Source of the DNA: Adineta vaga
Taxonomy: Eukaryota > Animalia > Rotifera
Reading direction: 5' to 3'
Length of the DNA stretch: 64,000 nucleotides
Assembly: GCA_021613535.1 (NCBI GenBank)
Contig: CP075492.1
Span: forward strand, 19,840,001 to 19,904,000
Part shown: positions 49,701-61,300 of the stretch, in pieces
How positions within the stretch are numbered: the stretch's first letter is position 1
Layout: each line of letters opens with the position of its first letter
Program-made: the position numbers and the translations under genes
The notes under the pieces: model-generated
Seen by the model: only the letters and a program-made list of their open reading frames with translations
The model's database searches: none
Told to the model about the DNA's origin: nothing

Positions 49701-52297
49701 TTCTTGAACATGAATATCAAATGAACATCGTGCCATTTGTATAGCTATGTCATATTGATTGAATGAGTTAATATAAATCAAAGAATGTGTACATTTAACG
49801 AAATTCTCATGTCGAACTTGAGCCTACAAAGAAGAAGAGTAAAAACAGTTAAATATTTAAAAAAAAGAAGGAAACAATTAACAAACCGCTTTTGGTATTC
49901 CAGTTGAACCACTTGTAAAGATGATGTAAGCTATGTTATGAGATGTCACTCTTATACTTGATAATTCATCAATATCAACATTATTCTCCATATCATTGTT
50001 AGTTAATATAGAATCCATATTAACTAAGATAATATTATCATTAAACTTCTCTTTAGTCAATGAATGAACAAGAACAAGACGAGATTGAGTTTGTTCTATG
50101 AGAGAATATAATCGATGTTGTGGATCTCGTGCTGATAATGGACAATAAACACTACCAATCATTTCAATGGCCATTATACCAATAACCTATTCAAGATCAA
50201 TATTCATTCTCATTCTCATTCTCATTCTCATCAACTACTCACCATTGATATACTTCTCTCGACACATTGACAAATTATTTCACCTACACAAATATGATAT
50301 TCATTGAGTAGATTCGAAGATAACAATTGAACATAATACAATAGTTCAGAATATGTCAAAGATTGATCATCTAATTCAACAGCTAACTTTTGTGGATATA
50401 TCTTTGCTTTCGAAGCAAACTCATGATGAATACAATTAGTAGTAGTCGAAGAAGAAGGAAATGATATTTGTGTTTGATTTAGAGATTGTATTAGAAATTG
50501 TTCATTTGGTAACAGTAATGATAACTCATAGATTGATGTCTCTTTTCTAGTAGTATGAATAGATGTCGATAAATGATGTAACATTGAATGAAATTGATGT
50601 GAAATCTTTTCAATTGTCTTCACATTGAATAAATCAAGAGATGCATTGATTGTGCATGAGAGTTCATTCATATCTAGATTATGTTGATAACTAACGATAA
50701 AATCAAATTTACTCATGATTTCATCTTCACTAATCTTAAGTGACAATGGTACTAAAGAAAGTGGACTATCACCAATTCTTATTTCATTATTGTTGTTATA
50801 TGATATGAATTCAAATGATATGTCGAGAAATGCAGGATGTAATATATTAGGATGTTGATCAAGGATACGTTGAAGTGGAAAATATGAATATTTCATACTA
50901 TTTCTTATCATTTCACTAACATAATCGAGTAGTTGACAAAAAGACCAATGAGAATCTAATTGGCATCGTAATGGAATAGCATTTACAAACATACCAATCA
51001 CTGACTTGAGTTCATCTCTATATCGACCATGTGTATTCATTCCAATGCATAGATCATTTTCTCTATTTGTTAATTTAAATAAGAAGATGTAGTAGATTGC
51101 AAGAGATAGATGTTCGATGGAATGATTGTGTGCGGATGCATAGGAAAGAAGATGACGTGAAAGATCTTGACCAAAATCAAAAGAAATGAATGTTCCACGA
51201 CCTGTTCGATGTTCATTTACAAGACGATATCGATCATATGGTAATGATAAAGATTGATCAAGTTTGCAATCATAAAGAGTATCATGCCAAAACAGATTTG
51301 CGCCACTCATCGGCATTTGTCGTTCAATAACAGCATCTAGATGAAAAAGAAAGAATCGATGAATTAAGAAAGAAATAGAGTTTTAGTTACAATCAACATA
51401 ACGTGGAATAGTATCATCGGTGTTAGATAGTTGACTTGTTGTATATGCTTGATTAAGATCATGAAGAAACACATTCATTGATGGAACATCAAAAGTAGCA
51501 TGATGAAAATTGAAAATAATTACATCTTTGTCAGAGAGAAGATCATTGAAGAGATGTGTTTGTAGTAAATAAGATGACATCGAAAGACAAGACCTTGAGC
51601 TAGATGAAAAAGTTGAGGATTACGTTTTTCTTCATGTATTATATTAGTGAGTTGTTGATGTGTTTCATAAGTGCTTTGAATAAATGTAAATAATGTATTG
51701 TTATCATTGTTCGAAGTCATGATTTGTTGCATGAATGAGTTTGTTTCTGTATTAAAGACAAGTGATGTACGAAGTGATTCATGTTTTGTAAGGATTAGTT
51801 GAAGAGCATTGTAGAGTTGTTTAATTGATAGAGTATGTGTTGAGGAGAGACGATAAACAAAAGGCATATTGTAGATTGCTACTTGTGGTTTCTCAGGATC
51901 GAAACGAATTCGTTCATCAAGCCAAATACGAGCTTGTGCAAATGATGCCGGTGCTACAATAAGCAGAATAGAGACGAGAATAACTAATGATAATGTCAAT
52001 TATCAAATCATGTCTCCTGTTAGTATTGTCATCATTTTTCATGGTATCATCGTTCTGAGTGTAAAAGTATATTCTTATTAACTGCATAATACTAATCTTC
52101 TTTTTCTTGCTTCGTTGCGAAACTGATTGTTACTAGAAAACATCACTTTTGTTCAAGTATGTCTTTTTTCGCTATCGCAAAACAGCTTCTCTACAGATTG
52201 TGAGAAAACTATTCAAAATGAACGATGTATAATATCAATCCTTTCAGACCAGTAGTATCAAAAATGCTACACATGTTCAGTCATTCGATTTCCAAGA

Positions 52298-52333
<36 letters not shown>

Positions 52334-55300
52334 TGCCTCATCAGGATAATAAAAACAGTAGAAAATATTTATACTTCTTCTTGTCCAGTCTCTAAGTTAA
52401 ACAAATAATCATACCTTCATCAGTAATATTGTCTAATCTATGGAAGATTATTGATTTCATTTGTTCAGCTTCTTCTGGTAGAATAAGAGAGAGTTTGTTA
52501 ATCGATGTCTTAGACTCATGCATCGTAGTATCACGAGACTTCGTCTGAAAAAGTTGTTCGAGGAAATATTGAAATCTTTGAGCAATTTTTGTCACTGTTC
52601 TTCTCTCAAAAAGATCATATGAGCAAACAAATGCACATGACAACTCATTAACAATCGATGTCGACTTGTTCAAAAAATGCAATGAAAAGTCAAATTTCGC
52701 CACTTGATATGATTGTTCTAGTGACACTTTCTCCAAATCTACGCCATTCATACATAACTCATTGACATCTTCTGATTCAGTGATAAAGTCAAACATTGTT
52801 TCAAGAAATGAAGCATTTGATTGATTAACATGTAGGTCACTAAGAATATGTTGAAGTGGATAATGAGAATGTTCAAGTATTGATAAACATTTCTCTTGTA
52901 CATATGTAACAACTTCATTGAATGACCAATGATGATCAAGTTGAATACGATATGGTAATGTTGACACAAACATTCCTATCACATTGATGATTTCACTTCG
53001 ATATCGATTAGCATTTATACTAGCAATACATATATCATTTTCATGATGAGTTAATTTGAATAGAAAGACATAAAATATCGAGAGTCCAAGTTGAAAAAGT
53101 GTCAGATGATGTGATGAGGCATAATTTAGAAATGATGTACATATATCATCATCAAAAGTAATTTCAACAGTAGAAGCTAAGCCTGTTCGTTGATTCGTTG
53201 ATAAACGAGATCGATCAATTGGTAATAATAATTGATGATCAAGATTATATCCTTTGAGCTCTGATCGCCAGAAGTGTTGAGATAATGTCATATCCATAAT
53301 ATGTTCATGAATAGAATAATCAACATATTGAAAGGAATGATCATCATCTATAGGTAATAAATCATCAGTCTGATAGGCAAGAGAAAGATCACGAATAAAG
53401 ATTAATGTAGATGCACCATCAAAAAATGCATGATGAATAGTAAATAATATTAAATCATCTGCATTCAATAAATCATCATCATTGTTAGTTAACAAAGCAT
53501 CAGATCGATAATGGCGAAGAATATGACAATTAATAACATGTCCTTTCGATAGATCAAATAAATCAGATTGATTTAATATTCTTTTCACAATTTCACTCTT
53601 TTCACTATTCACTTCTTCAAGATTTATCACAATAAAACTACATGATTTCACATTATCAATAAGAACATTTTCATCTAAACAATGTTGTATAATAATACCA
53701 TTTGTATCAACATCAAGTGATGTTCGAAGAATATTATGTTTTCTTATGACAGATTCAAATGCATGTTGTAATCGTGCAATCGATATATGATCATTATTAG
53801 ATGAAATACTAAAAAGTAATGGAATAACATACATGTTCTGATTATTATTATTGTTGTTGTTCGTAGATGAAAAACGAATTTGTTCATCTAAGAAAATACG
53901 TTCTTGTGCATAGGATGCTTTTGCTATAAACAATAAATTACAAAATATAAAAAAATATAGTTAGAAAATAAGCACTCTATACCTCTAACGAGATGTAATG
54001 AAGACCAATGATAATTATCGATAGTGAGATTAATATGCATTATATGATGAATTAGTTGAGCATGATTCATGATGGTTGGATGTTGAAATAAATCAGAAAT
54101 AGAAAGAGAATTTGTTTCTAAATTAAATTCTATTTTATAACGATGAAATAGTTGCATCATAAGTAATGAATGACCACCAATAGTAAATATATTTGTATTG
54201 ATTGAGATTTGTTCGTGTTTGAGTATATCACACCAAATATGATGAATAAGAAGTTCGATTTCATTTGTTGGTTGTGTCAGTTGGATATCATTTGTGAGAT
54301 GTGTCGATGGTAGATGAGAAAAGCTAGGTGAAGGAAGAAGTTTCCGATCTATTTTACCATTTGAATTCAATGGTAGTTTGTCAAGTATCATGAATATTGA
54401 TGGAATCATGTGTGATGGTAAATATGATTGACAATGTTGACGTAATTGTGTTTCATTCATATTATCAGAACTTTGAACATAAGCAATTAAATGATCATCA
54501 CCCCATTTCATCACAATACACACAGAAATAGATGATATGTTAAGTAAACATCGTTCTATTTCACCAAGTTCAATACGTTGTCCATGTAATTTGATTTGAT
54601 GATCTTTTCTTCCTTGATAATGAAGAAGACCATTACTATCCCTTTTGACGAGATCACCTGTTCGATAATATATTTCACTATCGATTTCAATAAATGCTTT
54701 TGATGTCAAATCATCACGTCCAAGATAGCCAGCAAAGACACCAACTCCTCCTACAAACAATTCAGCTTCTTCATTGATCATCACATTTTGAAAGAATTCA
54801 TCTAGAACTAGAGTTCGATAATTTGCAAGGGGTGCACCTATGGGAATGCTCTGTATATTGGATGATATGTTGATATCATAGAATGTGCAAGCAATAGTTG
54901 TTTCCGCTGGTCCGTATAGATTCCATAGAAGACAGTTTTGCAAATTGATGTTTTTGATTGAATCAATCAATTTAATCGTGAAAGGTTCACCTATAAATGA
55001 AAAATCAAATGAGTTAAGATGAAGAAATAACTTCATGTTACATGCTCACCAATACTGCAAAGTGATCGAAGATATGCGAAGCCATCAAACATTTTACATT
55101 GTTTCACAAAAGCGAAAAAACTCTGTAATAAACTCGGTACAGCATGCATATATGTGATTTGTTTATTTCGTAAAACTTCATATAAATAATCAAAATCAAT
55201 TGTTCCTCTTGGATGAAGCATAACTAATGTGGCACCATGGATTAAAATACCAAGTATTTCTTGAACATGAATATCAAATGAACATCGTGCCATTTGTATA

Positions 55301-58300
55301 GCTATATCGTATTGATTGAATGAATCAATAAAAGTTAAAGAATCGATACATTTAACGAAATTCTCATGTCGAACTTGAGCCTACAAAGAAGAAGAGTAAA
55401 AACAGTTAAATATTTAAAAAAAAGAAGGAAACAATTAACAAACCGCTTTTGGTATTCCAGTTGAACCACTTGTAAAGATGATGTAAGCTATGTTATGAGA
55501 TGTCACTCTTATACTTGATAATTCATCAATATCAACATTATTCTCCATATCATTGTTAGTTAATATAGAATCCATATTAACTAAGATAATATTATCATTA
55601 AACTTCTCTTTAGTCAATGAATGAACAAGAACAAGACGAGATTGAGTTTGTTCTATGAGAGAATATAATCGATGTTGTGGATCTCGTGCTGATAATGGAC
55701 AATAAACACTACCAATCATTTCAATGGCCATTATACCAATAACCTATTCAAGATCAATATTCATTCTCATTCTCATTCTCATTCTCATTCTCATCAACTA
55801 CTCACCATTGGTATACTTCTCTCGACACATTGACAAATTATTTCACCTACACAGATATGATATTCATTGAGTAGATTCGAAGATAACAATTGAACATAAT
55901 ACAAAAGTTCAGAATATGTCAAAGATTGATCATCTAATTCAACAGCTAACTTTTGTGGATATATCTTTGCTTTCGAAGCAAACTCATGATGAATACAATT
56001 AGTAGTAGTCGAAGAAGAAGGAAATGATATTTGTGTTTGATTTAGAGATTGTATTAGAAATTGTTCATTTGGTAACAGTAATGATAACTCATAGATTGAT
56101 GTCTCTTTTCTAGTAGTATGAATAGATGTCGATAAATGATGTAACATTGAATGAAATTGATGTGAAATCTTTTCAATTGTCTTCACATTGAATAAATCAA
56201 GAGATGCATTGATTGTGCATGAGAGTTCATTCATATCTAGATTATGTTGATAACTAACGATAAAATCAAATTTACTCATGATTTCATCTTCACTAATCTT
56301 AAGTGACAATGGTACTAAAGAAAGTTGACTATCACCAATTCTTATTTCATTATTGTTGTTATATGATATGAATTCAAATGATATGTCGAGAAATGCAGGA
56401 TGTAATATATTAGGATGTTGATCAAGGATACGTTGAAGTGGAAAATATGAATATTTCATACTATTTCTTATCATTTCACTAACATAATCGAGTAGTTGAC
56501 AAAAAGACCAATGAGAATCTAATTGGCATCGTAATGGAATAGCATTTACAAACATACCAATCACTGACTTGAGTTCATCTCTATATCGACCATGTGTATT
56601 CATTCCAATGCATAGATCATTTTCTCTATTTGTTAATTTAAATAAGAAGATGTAGTAGATTGCAAGAGATAGATGTTCGATGGAATGATTGTGTGCGGAT
56701 GCATAGGAAAGAAGATGACGTGAAAGATCTTGACCAAAATCAAAAGAAATGAATGTTCCACGACCTGTTCGATGTTCATTTACAAGACGATATCGATCAT
56801 ATGGTAATGATAAAGATTGATCAAGTTTGCAATCATAAAGAGTATCATGCCAAAACAGATTTGCGCCACTCATCGGCATTTGTCGTTCAATAACAGCATC
56901 TAGATGAAAAAGAAAGAATCGATGAATTAAGAAAGAAATAGAGTTTTAGTTACAATCAACATAACGTGGAATAGTATCATCGGTGTTAGATAGTTGACTT
57001 GTTGTATATGCTTGATTAAGATCATGAAGAAACACATTCATTGATGGAACATCAAAAGTAGCATGATGAAAATTGAAAATAATTACATCTTTGTCAGAGA
57101 GAAGATCATTTGAAGAGATGTGTTTGTAGTAAATAAGATGACATCGAAAGACAAGACCTTGAGCTAGATGAAAAAGTTGAGGATTACGTTTTTCTTCATG
57201 TATTATATTAGTGAGTTGTTGATGTGTTTCATAAGTGCTTTGAATAAATGTAAATAATGTATTGTTATCATTGTTCGAAGTCATGATTTGTTGCATGAAT
57301 GAGTTTGTTTCTGTATTAAAGACAAGTGATGTACGAAGTGATTCATGTTTTGTAAGGATTAGTTGAAGAGCATTGTAGAGTTGTTTAATTGATAGAGTAT
57401 GTGTTGAGGAGAGACGATAAACAAAAGGCATATTGTAGATTGCTACTTGTGGTTTCTCAGGATCGAAACGAATTCGTTCATCAAGCCAAATACGAGCTTG
57501 TGCAAATGATGCCGGTGCTACAATAAGCAGAATAGAGACGAGAATAACTAATGATAATGTCAATTATCAAATCATGTCTCCTGTTAGTATTGTCATCATT
57601 TTTCATGGTATCATCGTTCTGAGTGTAAAAGTATATTCTTATTAACTCCATAGTACTAGTCTTCTTTTTCTTGCTCGGTAACCCCACATCATCCGACAGT
57701 CGAGATTTGTCGGATAGAGCCGTTTATGGCATCAACGACTATTTTATAATTCTAATAGATTTTGTGCGGTCTTTAGGCTGTAACAAACTTTTCAGAGCTG
57801 GAATTTATCAGTATAAACATTCTCCATGAAGATACAACGATGTACACATACAGATGCTTTAACTTTATGCGAAAATATATGATAAACTTTTTATTACTAT
57901 ATTTTTGATATATTTTGCATTTCAGAATAGAAGATTTTTCCTTGAAATAGATATATAGTTTTGATTTAAAGTTTTGCTGATTAAACAATTGTTCCTTATG
58001 AGGTAAGATGTGCTTTATTGCACGTTTTTTCCAGAACTTACGGGTTTAAAAGAAATAAACTGTGAAGATAATCATTTTTTGTGAAAATAATAACAAAAGA
58101 GAATCTCTGACTTTTCATAAATTGCTTTGCAATGTAATTACATATAGCACAAAAATCAATGTTTGATTTAATTTTAGTTTATTCGAAATTTTTATATTCT
58201 TAGGCAGATAAATGTTGAAATTGATCATCTTTCTATATAAAACAAAAACGATAGAAATAGATTACTCCGCCAATATAACTCTCACATAAAAAATTCATAT

Positions 58301-61300
58301 ATTCAACTGTATGTTTCGATACTCAGTAGTATATTCGATCACCATTGGATTTGTAAAACTTTGAATTGTTTCATGGTAAGTAATTTTTATTTGTAGAAAA
58401 TTTTTTCATTCTTTTTCTCGCTTCATTATGAAACTGATTGTTACTAGAAAACATCACCTTTGTTCAAGTATGTCTTTTTCTGCTATCGCAAAACAGCTTC
58501 TCTGCAGATTGTGAGAAAACTATTTAAAATGAACGATGTATAATATCAATCCTTTCAGACCAGTAGTATCAAAAATGCTACACATGTTCAATCATTCCAT
58601 TGCCAAGAAATAATATGTATATATATGAATGAGTTGTAACTTTATTGTACGAGTGATGAAAAAAAATGAAAATGAGTTTAGAAAGAATCTGATGCCTAGA
58701 TATTGTTCTCCGTCATTTTCTAAGTATCATATAAAAATTTCTCCCACTACCAGACGCAAAGGAACCGAGATATTTAAAATCCAAAAGTCCAACGCCTAAG
58801 GACATGGATTTGGGAGGATTAGGATGAGGATGTATGTGTGTGAGGATGAGAATGAGAGTTCAGGAAAGACACATCCATCCTCACGAATACCTTTACTCCC
58901 ATCCTCAAGATGAAAATCGAGAACACATCCTCATCGAGATTATAGAATTTCTGATGAAGTTTCTGGAAAATGACATAAAAAACTCGATTCAACAAAGGTA
59001 CATTTTCGTGATAAAACAGTAGCCTATAGAAGTATTCTAGTTTGTTTACCTCTAAATCATACTCAGCGTAGTCTCAGGAGTCAAATGATATATAACGAGA
59101 CTACCTGTGGCCAAAAGCCTCTCGAAAATCAGTAAAAGAAATCTGAAGCTACATTCCGACGTAAAATGTAAATTTCTTCTAAAATTTACATGCAGTATAG
59201 CTGAAATTGTGACCACTGAAAGAACTTTTTTTTTACTAAGTTGGATGAAAGCTTGAGCGAAATCGGTCAAGCACATCAAAAGCTATTGACGAAACACTAT
59301 CGAAAATCTGGAGCTACAAAGTGAGTGACAGAAGGGGTTTTTCTTCTTCTTAGCGTAAAAACGAAGTTTTTTTTGAGTATTGTAGGCCGCTTCGGTACAG
59401 TTTTATGCTGTATCGTGCAGTAGATTAATTTTTTTCAAAACTAGGTTTCGTGATCTGACAGTGCTGGGTTTCGTCTAGAGCTACATGTGTTTGTAAAAGT
59501 ATTATCTCCATAAACCATCACAAAAAGAAAAGAAAATAAATTTATGAATCGTATGTTTCGATAGCCTGAGAGTTGCTCCACAAAACGTGCTATTTATTTT
59601 CTCTTTTATTTTTCTTTCTTTGCTCGAAAAATCAGTTTCGGCTTGGATGAGTCATCCGAGACTGTTTATTTATTATCCTCCAATACGACCATCTCAACGA
59701 GGGTGCAAGGTAGAGACTTGAAAATTATAACGTACTACGTTAAACGTAGTACGAGCATGAGTTAAGAAGTAAAACAAAACAAAAAAAGTTTAAATCTGTC
59801 AAAAAGAACCGGAGTTATCAGCAAAACACATAAAAAACCCAACCGTACAATAAAGTTGCTACTCATTCATATATATATATACTGCCTCATCAGGATAATA
59901 AAAACAGTAGAAAATATTTATACTTCTTCTTGTCCAGTCTCTAAGTTAAACAAATAATCATACCTTCATCAGTAATATTGTCTAATCTATGGAAGATTAT
60001 TGATTTCATTTGTTCAGCTTCTTCTGGTAGAATAAGAGAGAGTTTGTTAATCGATGTCTTAGACTCATGCATCGTAGTATCACGAGACTTCGTCTGAAAA
60101 AGTTGTTCGAGGAAATATTGAAATCTTTGAGCAATTTTTGTCACTGTTCTTCTCTCAAAAAGATCATATGAGCAAACAAATGCACATGACAACTCATTAA
60201 CAATCGATGTCGACTTGTTCAAAAAATGCAATGAAAAGTCAAATTTCGCCACTTGATATGATTGTTCTAGTGACACTTTCTCCAAATCTACGCCATTCAT
60301 ACATAACTCATTGACATCTTCTGATTCAGTGATAAAGTCAAACATTGTTTCAAGAAATGAAGCATTTGATTGATTAACATGTAGGTCACTAAGAATATGT
60401 TGAAGTGGATAATGAGAATGTTCAAGTATTGATAAACATTTCTCTTGTACATATGTAACAACTTCATTGAATGACCAATGATGATCAAGTTGAATACGAT
60501 ATGGTAATGTTGACACAAACATTCCTATCACATTGATGATTTCACTTCGATATCGATTAGCATTTATACTAGCAATACATATATCATTTTCATGATGAGT
60601 TAATTTGAATAGAAAGACATAAAATATCGAGAGTCCAAGTTGAAAAAGTGTCAGATGATGTGATGAGGCATAATTTAGAAATGATGTACATATATCATCA
60701 TCAAAAGTAATTTCAACAGTAGAAGCTAAGCCTGTTCGTTGATTCGTTGATAAACGAGATCGATCAATTGGTAATAATAATTGATGATCAAGATTATATC
60801 CTTTGAGCTCTGATCGCCAGAAGTGTTGAGATAATGTCATATCCATAATATGTTCATGAATAGAATAATCAACATATTGAAAGGAATGATCATCATCTAT
60901 AGGTAATAAATCATCAGTCTGATAGGCAAGAGAAAGATCACGAATAAAGATTAATGTAGATGCACCATCAAAAAATGCATGATGAATAGTAAATAATATT
61001 AAATCATCTGCATTCAATAAATCATCATCATTGTTAGTTAACAAAGCATCAGATCGATAATGGCGAAGAATATGACAATTAATAACATGTCCTTTCGATA
61101 GATCAAATAAATCAGATTGATTTAATATTCTTTTCACAATTTCACTCTTTTCACTATTCACTTCTTCAAGATTTATCACAATAAAACTACATGATTTCAC
61201 ATTATCAATAAGAACATTTTCATCTAAACAATGTTGTATAATAATACCATTTGTATCAACATCAAGTGATGTTCGAAGAATATTATGTTTTCTTATGACA

